64,000 nucleotides of DNA, taken from assembly GCF_003019035.1 (NCBI RefSeq), contig NZ_CP027447.1; one strand, 5' to 3'. Under the pieces are notes generated by a model. The model was not told where the DNA came from, did not search any database, and saw only the letters and a list, made by a program, of their open reading frames with translations. The DNA comes from Escherichia coli (lineage in GTDB: Bacteria; Pseudomonadota; Gammaproteobacteria; Enterobacterales; Enterobacteriaceae). The translations under genes were made by a program, and so were the position numbers. Within the stretch, counting starts at the first letter, position 1. Every line of letters begins with the position of its first letter. This document shows, one piece after another, positions 9,880 to 20,076 of the stretch.

Positions 9880-11280
9880 TCAGGTGTGTTTAAAGCCGTT
9901 CTGCTGGGCAATACCCTGCAGTTTCGGGTGGTCGCTGAGATATTTCAGGGAGGCTTTGTAGTCTTCCAGCAACAGTTCAGCAAAGTCCATTTCGAAGCCG
10001 CGACGACACATAATGCGCATCACCACGATGTCGGTGGCTTCACCGCCGAGAGTGAAGGCCGGAACCTGCCAGCCGCGCAGACGCAGACGTTCAGAGAGGT
10101 CGTACAGGGTGTATCCCGGATCTTCACCATCTTTCAGTTTGAAGCAAACCGCCGGGATGCCTTCGTCCGGGCGACCGGTACAGATGAACTCATACGGCCC
10201 CAGTTTGGCGATTTCATCCGCCAGATAAGCGGCAACCTGGTAGGAAGCGTTCTGTACTTTGGTATAGCCTTCACGACCGAGGCGCAGGAATTCATAGTAC
10301 TGTGCAATCACCTGACCCGCCGGGCGGGAGAAGTTGATGGCGAAAGTACCAATCTGACCGCCGAGGTAGTCAACGTTGAACACCAGTTCCTGCGGCAGCG
10401 CTTCTTCATCACGCCAGATAACCCAGCCGCAGCCCAGCGGAGCCAGACCGAATTTATGGCCTGAAGCACTGATCGATTTCACACGCGGCAGGCGGAAGTC
10501 CCAGACGATATCCGGAGCGACGAACGGTGCCAGGAAGCCACCGCTGGCAGCGTCGATGTGCATGTCGATGTCGATACCGGTGTCGGCCTGGAATTTATCC
10601 AGCGCATCGTGCAGCGGCTGCGGGAACTCATAGTTACCGGTATAGGTCACGCCGAAAGTCGGCACCACGCCGATGGTATTTTCGTCGCAGGCTTCAATCA
10701 TGCGTTTCGGGTCCATAAACAACTGACCGGGGCGCATAGGGATCTCACGCAACTCCACATCCCAGTAGCGGGCGAATTTATGCCAGCAGATTTGTACCGG
10801 ACCGCACACCAGGTTTGGTTTATCCGTTGGCTTACCTGCAGCTTCCATACGCTTGCGCCAACGCCATTTCATCGCCATCCCGCCAAGCATACAGGCCTCG
10901 GAAGAACCAATGGTGTTGGTGCCAACGGCCTGACCATTTTTCGGTGCAGGCGCATGCCACAGATCGGCAACCATGTTTACGCAACGCAGGTCGATGGCTG
11001 CGGATTGCGGATATTCTTCTTTGTCGATCCAGTTTTTGTTAATGGATAAATCCATCAACTTGTGGACGTTTTCGTCGTCCCAGGTCTGGCAGAAAGTGGC
11101 CAGGTTCTGACGAGCGTTGCCATCAAGATATAATTCGTCATTGATAATCTGAAATGCGACATCGTCGCGCATTTCGTGCAGCGGAAAACGTTTTGATTCT
11201 GCGATAGTGGAAATAGACTTTGCACCAAAACGTGAATCGAGTAGTTCCGACCTTAAATCCGTTACTTGCTTCTTATCCAT
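9880..11280 (-). CDS. gadB: Glutamate decarboxylase beta
   Basis: Matches GadB from [21 protein letters not shown] (466 aa); the supplied ORF has a 23-codon upstream extension. Confidence 0.93.
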   Translation of the reverse strand: MDKKQVTDLRSELLDSRFGAKSISTIAESKRFPLHEMRDDVAFQIINDELYLDGNARQNLATFCQTWDDENVHKLMDLSINKNWIDKEEYPQSAAIDLRCVNMVADLWHAPAPKNGQAVGTNTIGSSEACMLGGMAMKWRWRKRMEAAGKPTDKPNLVCGPVQICWHKFARYWDVELREIPMRPGQLFMDPKRMIEACDENTIGVVPTFGVTYTGNYEFPQPLHDALDKFQADTGIDIDMHIDAASGGFLAPFVAPDIVWDFRLPRVKSISASGHKFGLAPLGCGWVIWRDEEALPQELVFNVDYLGGQIGTFAINFSRPAGQVIAQYYEFLRLGREGYTKVQNASYQVAAYLADEIAKLGPYEFICTGRPDEGIPAVCFKLKDGEDPGYTLYDLSERLRLRGWQVPAFTLGGEATDIVVMRIMCRRGFEMDFAELLLEDYKASLKYLSDHPKLQGIAQQNGFKHT

Positions 11281-11359
11281 TTTAAACTCCTTAAAATGAT
11301 TGGATCGCATTAAAAAAGTAGGATTTATCGATAAAGTAAGCAAGTGCAAAGGACTCGTG

Positions 11360-11379
11360 TTTAAATAACAAAATCCTAA
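11360..11379 (-). promoter_or_regulatory. GAD box (GadE binding site) upstream of gadB
   Basis: Reverse complement reads TTAGGATTTTGTTATTTAAA, which is the GAD-box sequence as I recall it. Confidence 0.6.
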
Positions 11380-11611
11380 TGTTATTTATCGCGAGATATT
11401 ATGTGAATTATATTTTATCATTGAAAATCAATATATTACTGAATTCTTGGGTGGTGGCAAGGTGTTTTATGCTGTTATTTTTATGCACTTTCTACGCCTC
11501 CTGAATTATCACGTAAAAATCAGACCTTAAAATATCACTATTAGCACTCGGCTATTATTTTGAACGCATTTATAAAATTATTACATAAAAATGGCGAATA
11601 TTGCTAAAATC

Positions 11612-11640
11612 CCCGCCAACGAGGTGTTGACGGGGCTGTG
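11612..11640 (-). terminator. Stem-loop downstream of pqqL
   Basis: Imperfect hairpin CCCCGCCAAC...GTTGACGGGG followed by a T-rich run on the minus strand. Confidence 0.45.
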
Positions 11641-11641
11641 A

Positions 11642-14437
11642 TTATTTTGGCAATAATACTCCGGTATAGGTATTCACCGGATGAGAAAGATATTGTTTAA
11701 CGGCAGTGTTAACATTCTCTACCGTCATTTGTTTCAATAATTGCTCCTGCTCAGTCCATGCTGCAGGATCGTCATATTGAATAAGACTATTTACAATGGT
11801 GTTCGCTAATTGTTGAACGCTACGCTGTTGGATATCGAGGCTGCGCTGAACGTTTTGCTGGTATTCATTCAGTTCTTGCTCACTGATCCCTTTAGCCAGA
11901 CGCTTAACCATCACTTCATTCGCTAACGTTAACAGTTCATCATGTCGTTCTGGTTGACAAGTAAAAGCCAGCAAATGACTGATATCTTTGGCCTGAGGAT
12001 CAACCGAGAGACGAGAAGAAACGCTGTATGCTCCAGATGCCTGTTCACGAATATTAACGCGTAGATCTTTTGCCAGTGCGACGTTAAAAGCATCGAGCGC
12101 CATACGCGTCTCCAGATTTACAGGTGTCCGGGAATCATAACGCTTCCACTGTGAAACCTGTGCCACAGGTTCATTTTGTTCTTTTACAGTAACCGATGCG
12201 TTGTCCGTCGCGCGAGTTAATGGTTTACCTGCGGCTAATGGCGAATCAGAGTGTTTGATTGATCCTAAGTAACGCGTAATTAACGCCACGAGTTTGTCTT
12301 CTGCGACATTACCGACAATGACAAACGTGATATCCGCTGGAGATGAAAACAACTGGCGATCGGCAGCCAGCGCATCTGCGGCAGTAAACTGTGCAATCTG
12401 ATTTTCTTGCGGTAATTTCGTGCGGTTATCAGCATAGCGCGTCTCATACATCTGCTGGGCGAATTTCTCCGCTGGACGCTGGTCGAGCGTTTTCAACGCC
12501 TGAATTTGAGCATTTTGTAGCGATGCCCAAATATTATCGTTAATCGTGCTGTGGGTGATTCGCTGGTTAATCAACTGGAAACCAGGTTCAGGGTTATTAG
12601 TCCGCGCGCTAACAGAGAGCAATGTATTCATGCCACTGACTTTACTGCTCATGGTTACCGAGTTTTCCGCACTCCAGCGTTTCAGGCTGGAAGAGGAGAG
12701 TTCACCAACGCCGCTTCCGCTTACTGCTTTATTTGCCAGCGCGATAAGTGATTTTTGCTGCGCAGGGAAACTTAAATCGCCTTTATTAGATACGGCAGTA
12801 ATTTGTAGCTTTTGCTCTTCACCCGCGGATTTTGCCAGAATAACCCTGGCACCATTGGAAAGTGTTAATGATGTCAGATTCTCAGCCAGCGTTTCTTTGC
12901 TGCTAATTTCCGCCTGTGGGTCAGCGTCTACTGTTAACGATAAATTTCTGCCTGGGAAGATGTAAGCTGCCAGCTTTTTGTTGGCGTACTCTTTTTCCAG
13001 CGCCAGGATAGCCGCAGGAGACAATGCTTTTTTGGCGGCAACTTCATTGTTTACCATTTGCTCCCAAAATGCGTCCTGGTTCTTTCTTAACTGCTGCCAT
13101 TTTTCCGCCAGACTTTGCACGGTAATTTGCTGCCACAGACGTTTCGAAAGTTGATATGTCTCTTCCGGCGACAAGAACGGCGTATTATTTAATGAGCTGG
13201 ATGCCAGGCGACTGGTCAGCATACGTAAATCACGCTCAGCTTGCTGATCAACCGCATTTTTCAGCCAGGTAAGGCGGGTAGATTTAACATCATCGAGTTC
13301 TTCAGCAGAAAAGCCATGCTGATCAATGGTTGCCAACTCTGCCATTAATGCATTCGCAGCATCCTGCATATTATCGTCTTGTGCATTTACACGGAAAAAC
13401 AGCGACTGATAATCGGGTGCAATTTTGACGCTGCGCGCAGTGCCGCCAGAAATAGTCTTCAACTCGCCCGACTGTATGCGTTCTTGCAGACGTTGGTTGA
13501 ACAGCTGAACTAACATGCTCCATTCAGCTTGTTCGATAAAGCTTTGCTCATCGCTCACTTGCACCATTGGCAGGCGATAATAGAGTGCGATGCCGTTCAC
13601 CCGGTTTTCTTTATCATTGATGATATTAAAGCGCAGGTGGTTTTCGGCTTTTGTCGGCCAGACGCGATTTTCAGCTGCTTTGTTAGCCGGAAGCTTACTT
13701 AAATTATCCTTTATCAGCGCCAGCGCTTCTTTACTGTCGATATCGCCGACCACAATAAAGGTCATATTATTTGGTTGATACCAGCGTTGATAAAATTGGC
13801 GCAATTGTGCCGGTGTGACCGTGGCGACGGTATCCATCAGGCCGATAGGTTCACGGTCTAAATTACGGGTATTTGCCAGCAGGAAAGGGCGGCGCGCCTG
13901 AGAGGTGCGCCATTTCGCATCCTGATGGGCACGCCATTCCTCAGTAATTACGCCGCGTTCAGCGTCTACTTCGAGTTTTTCAAAGGTTGCGGCATTACTC
14001 CATTCACTGAAGATTGCCATCACTTGTTGCAGATTTTGTTTCTGCGTAGTCGGCAAACTCACCTGATACACTGTTTCGTCATAGCTGGTATAGGCATTAA
14101 CATCGCGACCAAAACGCAGGCCCATTGACTCAAATGTTTCGATGACTTTATTACCCGGCCATGTTTTTGTGCCGTTAAACATCATATGTTCTACAAAATG
14201 AGCCACGCCGCGCTCATTGTCCTCTTCCTGCAATGAACCGGTATGAATTTGCAGCCATAAATTTACCTGATCCTTTGGTTGAGCATGCGGATAAATCATA
14301 TATCGCAAGCCATTGTCCAGTTGCCCGGTAATTAACTTTTCATCCTGCGGTAAGGCGGCGGCAATCAGTCGCCCGGGGAGCAACAGAGTTGCCACTAACG
14401 TCAGTAAGAAACAGAGGTTTCTCATAATTATCTCCAT
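11642..14437 (-). CDS. pqqL: Periplasmic M16-family zinc protease
   Basis: 931-aa ORF with signal peptide and HFVEH zinc-binding motif; matches PqqL. Confidence 0.9.
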   Translation of the reverse strand: MEIIMRNLCFLLTLVATLLLPGRLIAAALPQDEKLITGQLDNGLRYMIYPHAQPKDQVNLWLQIHTGSLQEEDNERGVAHFVEHMMFNGTKTWPGNKVIETFESMGLRFGRDVNAYTSYDETVYQVSLPTTQKQNLQQVMAIFSEWSNAATFEKLEVDAERGVITEEWRAHQDAKWRTSQARRPFLLANTRNLDREPIGLMDTVATVTPAQLRQFYQRWYQPNNMTFIVVGDIDSKEALALIKDNLSKLPANKAAENRVWPTKAENHLRFNIINDKENRVNGIALYYRLPMVQVSDEQSFIEQAEWSMLVQLFNQRLQERIQSGELKTISGGTARSVKIAPDYQSLFFRVNAQDDNMQDAANALMAELATIDQHGFSAEELDDVKSTRLTWLKNAVDQQAERDLRMLTSRLASSSLNNTPFLSPEETYQLSKRLWQQITVQSLAEKWQQLRKNQDAFWEQMVNNEVAAKKALSPAAILALEKEYANKKLAAYIFPGRNLSLTVDADPQAEISSKETLAENLTSLTLSNGARVILAKSAGEEQKLQITAVSNKGDLSFPAQQKSLIALANKAVSGSGVGELSSSSLKRWSAENSVTMSSKVSGMNTLLSVSARTNNPEPGFQLINQRITHSTINDNIWASLQNAQIQALKTLDQRPAEKFAQQMYETRYADNRTKLPQENQIAQFTAADALAADRQLFSSPADITFVIVGNVAEDKLVALITRYLGSIKHSDSPLAAGKPLTRATDNASVTVKEQNEPVAQVSQWKRYDSRTPVNLETRMALDAFNVALAKDLRVNIREQASGAYSVSSRLSVDPQAKDISHLLAFTCQPERHDELLTLANEVMVKRLAKGISEQELNEYQQNVQRSLDIQQRSVQQLANTIVNSLIQYDDPAAWTEQEQLLKQMTVENVNTAVKQYLSHPVNTYTGVLLPK

Positions 14438-14481
14438 GCGAAAACCGGGCGAATTTACCCGGTTAAGTAAAATCCGAACTA

Positions 14482-16854
14482 TTAAAATTTCATGCTGACA
14501 TCAAGCCAGAAAGTACGGCCACTGGCGTAGGTCGCCACACCGGTATTCGTTGTATCAACAGCGGTTTTGCTATCCAGTACATTGAGAATATCGGCACTGA
14601 ACGTCAGGTTTTGTTGTTTCAGAAATTGTGGCGTCCAGGACAAGCGGGTGTCCCAGGTCAGGCTGCTATCCAGTTTTTCGTCAACATACTGCTTGTAATC
14701 TGAATATTCGCTGATGTATTGCGCATTCGTCTTACCCAGGATAATGCGAGCTTTACGCGCTTCTTGCCAGGTCAGCGTATTCGCCCACACCAACCCGTTC
14801 GGTTGATGCGTGAAATCCATGTTTAAGGAGATCTTTAGTGGATTATTAAAATCCGCCACTGGAACGCTATCGTAAGAGACCAGATTACCGTTATAAACCA
14901 CCTGGTTATCACCGGTATTGCTCTCCTCATAACCATTGTTTAACGACAAGTTGCCCTTGCTCTTGATATAGCTAAAGACAATTTGCGGGTTAATATCTAC
15001 CTGGCTGATATGCAGGGGTTCGGCCAGTTCAAAACTGAGGTTGAACGAATGCGTTTTGGTTTTGCCGTCGTTGTTATATTCAGTAATGGTGGTTTTAGTC
15101 GCGCTGTCGGTACGACTGCTTTTGCTGATTTGATCATGCGCTTCACGGTAAACATAGTTTGCGCGCGCAATAACGTTCTTACTGATTTTTTGCTGCAATC
15201 CCATTGCCAGTTCATCGTTATAAGGCGTTTTCAAATCCTGATAACGCGTCAGGGTTTTATTGCCTGATACCGATTCCGTCCAGCTATTGCGAATATCACG
15301 TAATCCCATATCAAGAATATTCCCGCCATAGTAACGGTTATAACCTGCGGTAATCATTGAGGTTTGATCAGCAAAAATATCCCATTCCGTCATAAAACGC
15401 GGGGAGATATTGTGGTTTGACAGATAGTTGTCATAGTCATACCGCACGCCGGGCATTAATGACACATTACGCCAGCTAATGCGATCCGCCATATACAGCG
15501 TGTAGTTGTCAATTCCCAGGCTGCCTTTACCTTTATGGTAAATGGTATGGTTAGTTTTCTTTCCGGCAGCATTAATCACATAGGATTCAGACTGGTTATG
15601 GCGTTCAGTCCATGCATCGGAATAGATGTATTCCGCGCCGAAGTAGGGTTGATGCGAAACATTACCCACGGTGAATTTTTGCCAGTCCAGGCGTGTTTTG
15701 AAGGTGTAATTATCTACAGCCTGGGAAATGTGTCCTAATCCGCCACGGGTGCAACGCCCTGAAATATCACCATATGTACATGAAAGTTCGGTGTACCAGA
15801 TGTCATGATCGTGACGGGTATAATCACTAATATGATCCCAACCAACGGTGGTACGCAGTTTGGCCCATGCGAGCTGGGTATCCATATCCCATGCCAGACC
15901 ATAGGATTTATTACCCATTTCGCGATCAGACTCCGGGAAGGTGCTGGTATTATAATCACGGCTGGAGCCGGTATATTTTAAGGTTAAATCGTGGGTAAAG
16001 CGGTCGCTGGCAAACCAGGTAAATTTGCTCAATGCAGTATCGATAACGTTTTTATACTGTGCCCGGCCGGCGACAATGCCGTCATTCGAAACATAATCCG
16101 CGCGGGTGATATCAGACTGGCGGCGCGATAAACCGGCGGTAACGCCAAAGTTATCAGCGAGTTCCTGATTAAACGACAAGGTATAAAAGTTCTTTTTAAA
16201 ATCTGGAGAGTAATAAGTACTTCCTGAAGAACCTTGATTAAATGCGCTCTTGTTATTCTCATCGATATGCGATGTTAACCAGTCCGAACGCGTAGTGCGA
16301 TAACCCAGTTTCACGCTGCTATCATCAGCGTTGAAGCGTTTGATCTTTGCATCAATTACCCCGCCATTGAAGCGACCAAATTCAACCGGCACAAAACTGT
16401 CATAAAGCGTCACATTGTCCAGTAAGCTGACATCAAGATAATAGCCCTGTGACATCCCGCTAATATTGGTTGCACTACTGGCATCGGACTCATTCGCTGG
16501 GTTCAGGTTATTCGTTGCACTAATGCCATCAATCAAATAGGCATTCTGGTAGGGCGACGCACCGTGAATAGAGATTTTCTCCGGGCGAATATCTCCCTGG
16601 TTCAATGAGGTACTTTGCGTTGAATCCATGCGTACCGCAGGGTTGGTTCTCAGCAGATCGCTGATATTGCCATTCCCGGTCGGTAAACGCTCGATGCTTT
16701 CACTGGTGTAATGCGTGTTGCCGTTTACGGGTACAGGGACAGGAGCATAGACCGTCATCTCTTCAAAAACATGCATGTACATATTTTTGTCATCGACGGC
16801 CTGCGCTACATCAGCGCCACATAAAATGACGCCAGGAATAAGAACTCGCTTCAT
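14482..16854 (-). CDS. yddB: TonB-dependent outer-membrane receptor
   Basis: 790-aa ORF with signal peptide and C-terminal aromatic residue (…DVSMKF); matches YddB. Confidence 0.9.
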   Translation of the reverse strand: MKRVLIPGVILCGADVAQAVDDKNMYMHVFEEMTVYAPVPVPVNGNTHYTSESIERLPTGNGNISDLLRTNPAVRMDSTQSTSLNQGDIRPEKISIHGASPYQNAYLIDGISATNNLNPANESDASSATNISGMSQGYYLDVSLLDNVTLYDSFVPVEFGRFNGGVIDAKIKRFNADDSSVKLGYRTTRSDWLTSHIDENNKSAFNQGSSGSTYYSPDFKKNFYTLSFNQELADNFGVTAGLSRRQSDITRADYVSNDGIVAGRAQYKNVIDTALSKFTWFASDRFTHDLTLKYTGSSRDYNTSTFPESDREMGNKSYGLAWDMDTQLAWAKLRTTVGWDHISDYTRHDHDIWYTELSCTYGDISGRCTRGGLGHISQAVDNYTFKTRLDWQKFTVGNVSHQPYFGAEYIYSDAWTERHNQSESYVINAAGKKTNHTIYHKGKGSLGIDNYTLYMADRISWRNVSLMPGVRYDYDNYLSNHNISPRFMTEWDIFADQTSMITAGYNRYYGGNILDMGLRDIRNSWTESVSGNKTLTRYQDLKTPYNDELAMGLQQKISKNVIARANYVYREAHDQISKSSRTDSATKTTITEYNNDGKTKTHSFNLSFELAEPLHISQVDINPQIVFSYIKSKGNLSLNNGYEESNTGDNQVVYNGNLVSYDSVPVADFNNPLKISLNMDFTHQPNGLVWANTLTWQEARKARIILGKTNAQYISEYSDYKQYVDEKLDSSLTWDTRLSWTPQFLKQQNLTFSADILNVLDSKTAVDTTNTGVATYASGRTFWLDVSMKF

Positions 16855-16891
16855 TTATTTATATCTCCGTACAGCAGGGCTTTTATTGTTT

Positions 16892-18577
16892 TTATAAAAC
16901 CGCGCTAATGTCACAAATATCATCGGCCAGGTTCCAGACACCGGGTTGATGTGTAACCATAATGACGCCGCTTGTGGGGAGTTTTTCTCGCACTAAACGC
17001 AGTAAGCGGATTGCCTCTTGTTCCTCAAGATGAGAGGTAGTTTCGTCAAGAAATATCCATTTCGGACGTCGTAAAATTAATCGAGCCAGGGCGATACGTT
17101 GTTTTTCGCCGCTGGAAAGAATATCTCCCCAGCGATCGTGGTCATGAATACGCGCAGCCAATTTCCCCAGTCCAACCTGATGCAGTACTTCACTCAACGA
17201 TTTATCGTCTACGGACAGGGGAAGTGCTTTACAAATAATCTCTTTCAGTAAGCCGGTTTTGATTAACGGTGTTTGTGACACATACCAACTGTCAGCAGGA
17301 GAAGAAATATCACCTTTAAACCACGGCCAGCAGTGGGATAATGTTTTAAGCAGTGTGGTTTTTCCCGCACCAGAGTAACCTTTCAGCAATAGCCATTTGC
17401 CTGGCAAAACATGAAAGTTCAGGTTCTCTAATATGATCTTATTATCAGGAGTACGAATACTCGCGTCAGCCACTTGTACCGCATGTTGGCAATTTTTAGG
17501 CTTATTCGTAGGGCGCTGTTCGGTGAGTTGATGGAACTCATACAAGCGATCGATAACCGCAGCCAGTTCAGCAAGTTCATCATATTTATAAATAAACCAG
17601 CTTAAATTGTTCGATACCAGCATAAATGCCTGGCGCGATTTCATCAGTCCGCCCAGATTGATCTGTCCGCTAATAAACTGCGGCAATAACAGAAAGTAGG
17701 GAAGAACGCTAAGCGAGCGCGAATAAATATTCTGCCAGTAATCAAGCCACCGCTGACGATTCATTAAACGATGCCAGTTCTCTTTAATGGTATGAAAATT
17801 TTCGCTCAACTCCTGGCGTTGTAGAGACTCAGCATTGCTTAGCGCAATCAGTTCTGCCTGCTTATTATGCTGCACAAGATTAGTTCGAAATGTCGCTTCG
17901 CTACGTTGTTTTTCCACATTAAGCGGACGAATACGTTTACCAACCTTATGGGTAAATAAAGTTCCACCGATCACAATGAGCACGACGGTATAGACCATAT
18001 ACCCCTGGATATTCCATTCAGTTCCACCAACAGTGAATGAGAGCGTACCCGCGCTTTGCCAAAGAATAACGGTAAAGGTGATCAGCATGCTAAGTGACTG
18101 GATGAAGCCAAATGAAAGACTGAGCGTTTTGCTGATCAGTAAGAGAATGTCTTCAGCGATACGTTGGTCAGGGTTATCTGTATTTTTATGCTCGCCGTAG
18201 ATCTGCGTGAAGTAGTAGTTTTTATCTGCAAACCAGCGATTAAGGTAGTAATCTGTTAACCATTCGCGCCAGCGAATAGTCAGTAGTTTAATTAACCATG
18301 TTTTGTTTACGGATATTAATACAAAGATCCCCAGCAGGGCAGGGAACCAAAGGACAAGCTGCCAAAGCTTATCAGTTTCTTTCTGGCTTAGCGCATTGAA
18401 AAAATCATTATTCCAGTCGTTTAACCAGACCTGAATTTTAACCACGCCAAGGATCATGGCGAGGATAATAATGATTAACAACACTGAAGTTTTATTATTC
18501 TTACGCAGCCAAAAGGGCTTCAGCAGACAGAGATACTTTGCTATCAACATACAAAACGTAATGGGAATGGTTATCAT
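16892..18577 (-). CDS. yddA: ABC transporter, fused permease/ATPase
   Basis: 561-aa ORF; Walker A GYSGAGKTT and ABC signature LSSGEKQR. Confidence 0.9.
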   Translation of the reverse strand: MITIPITFCMLIAKYLCLLKPFWLRKNNKTSVLLIIIILAMILGVVKIQVWLNDWNNDFFNALSQKETDKLWQLVLWFPALLGIFVLISVNKTWLIKLLTIRWREWLTDYYLNRWFADKNYYFTQIYGEHKNTDNPDQRIAEDILLLISKTLSLSFGFIQSLSMLITFTVILWQSAGTLSFTVGGTEWNIQGYMVYTVVLIVIGGTLFTHKVGKRIRPLNVEKQRSEATFRTNLVQHNKQAELIALSNAESLQRQELSENFHTIKENWHRLMNRQRWLDYWQNIYSRSLSVLPYFLLLPQFISGQINLGGLMKSRQAFMLVSNNLSWFIYKYDELAELAAVIDRLYEFHQLTEQRPTNKPKNCQHAVQVADASIRTPDNKIILENLNFHVLPGKWLLLKGYSGAGKTTLLKTLSHCWPWFKGDISSPADSWYVSQTPLIKTGLLKEIICKALPLSVDDKSLSEVLHQVGLGKLAARIHDHDRWGDILSSGEKQRIALARLILRRPKWIFLDETTSHLEEQEAIRLLRLVREKLPTSGVIMVTHQPGVWNLADDICDISAVL

Positions 18578-18788
18578 TAGCGAAAATTTATTGTGCCATC
18601 CAATGATTATCTATGGCAATGATATACTGATGAAATTTATTTAAGTATCATTTAACAATATGAAATATAAAGAAATATTTCATTTTCAGTGGTTATGGTT
18701 ATGCTATTGATAATCAAGGGTATTGCTAATGCCCTGACGCATACCTCGTAAGCCAGGATTTTCGCAAAGGAAGATGATGAAGACGAAA

Positions 18789-18814
18789 CACCCGACAGGA
18801 ATTTATGTCGGGTG
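18789..18814 (-). terminator. Stem-loop downstream of ydeM
   Basis: CACCCGACA ... TGTCGGGTG inverted repeat. Confidence 0.45.
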
Positions 18815-18867
18815 CCTTGTTAAGGTCATAAGAAGGAGGCTAAGAATGGAGCTAAGGGGGAGCGTTA

Positions 18868-20025
18868 TTAATTATTCTCCATTTGTTTTGCAACATCCAT
18901 AATGTGGTAAAGCGGTACTCTGTTCTTAGCTAACTCCACCATGGCGTTCATATAAGGTACCATGGTTGAAAAAAGGATTTTATAACCTTCGCAAAAATAG
19001 GAAACAGTCTCATTGTTTACTTTAGTAATACGATGCTTAGGGCAACCACCATTGCAGATAGGTTTATATGCACATTGCTGACATTTCGCTGAAATCCGTT
19101 TTTTTTGCGCTGTCAGTTGAACACTGTTCATCGTTTTGAGTTCAGATTTATTAATGTTTCCAATTTTGTACTGTGGATAGACAAAATGATCGCATTCGTA
19201 AATATCTCCATTACTTTCAACAACCAGATTATCCTTGCAGGATTCCTGGAAAATACAACTGGTATGCCCATTCCCCAAAAAACGGCTGACAAAGCTTTCA
19301 AACTGACGGATGAAAATTTCACCCACATCGTTTTTAACCCATTGCATAAAAATGGTTGACATAAACTTGCCATAAGCCGTGGGAGGCACAGAAAAATCAA
19401 TGATACGGAATGTGTTCTCACTATGACCACTGAAATCAATATTCGGCGTCCCGGTTTCTAGCAATTCGATAAATTGCATATGTTTACTGCCGATAGATTT
19501 TAAAAAATGATAAACCTCATGAGGGTAATGGACATTAACGTTATTAATGACGGTTAACGTATTAAACTCTACTTGATATGATTTCAGACGCTCGATGGCT
19601 GCTATCACTTTTGCAAAAGTACCGTTGCCTGAATTACTGCGTCTGTAACGGTCATGTAGCTCCTGGGGGCCATCGATCGAGATACCAACCAGAAACTCAT
19701 GTTCTTTGAGAAAGGCACACCATTCATTATTCAATAAAATGCCATTCGTTTGTAATGCATTAAAAATACGTTTTTGGCCTGCATAGCGTTGTTGATAGTG
19801 AATAACTTTACGGAAAAAATCCAGGCCAGCCAGAGTGGGTTCACCCCCTTGCCAGGTAAAATAGACCTGATTGCCAGACGCTGCGATATATTGTTTGATG
19901 AACTCTTTCAGAGTGCTGTCATCCATCCATTTTTCATGAGTAAACTGCGACTCTTTTTCAAGGTAAAAACAGTAATCACATTTGAGATTACATTGAAAAC
20001 TGGAGGGCTTGGCTGTAACGTGCAT
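18868..20025 (-). CDS. ydeM: Radical-SAM anaerobic sulfatase-maturating enzyme homolog
   Basis: CNLKCDYC radical-SAM motif near the N-terminus; matches YdeM (about 385 aa); start chosen at MHVTAK. Confidence 0.85.
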   Translation of the reverse strand: MHVTAKPSSFQCNLKCDYCFYLEKESQFTHEKWMDDSTLKEFIKQYIAASGNQVYFTWQGGEPTLAGLDFFRKVIHYQQRYAGQKRIFNALQTNGILLNNEWCAFLKEHEFLVGISIDGPQELHDRYRRSNSGNGTFAKVIAAIERLKSYQVEFNTLTVINNVNVHYPHEVYHFLKSIGSKHMQFIELLETGTPNIDFSGHSENTFRIIDFSVPPTAYGKFMSTIFMQWVKNDVGEIFIRQFESFVSRFLGNGHTSCIFQESCKDNLVVESNGDIYECDHFVYPQYKIGNINKSELKTMNSVQLTAQKKRISAKCQQCAYKPICNGGCPKHRITKVNNETVSYFCEGYKILFSTMVPYMNAMVELAKNRVPLYHIMDVAKQMENN

Positions 20026-20076
20026 CGCTATCTCGCTCAATAAGGCGGCGGAAAAATCCGCCGCATGAAGGTTTAG

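Noticed and set aside
9886-11049. Plus-strand ORFs (192 and 163 aa) overlapping gadB
   Set aside because: Antisense to gadB, with no start context or recognisable motifs.
11281-11349. N-terminal extension of the gadB ORF (489 versus 466 aa)
   Set aside because: GadB begins at MDKKQ; the upstream in-frame Met lies in promoter DNA.
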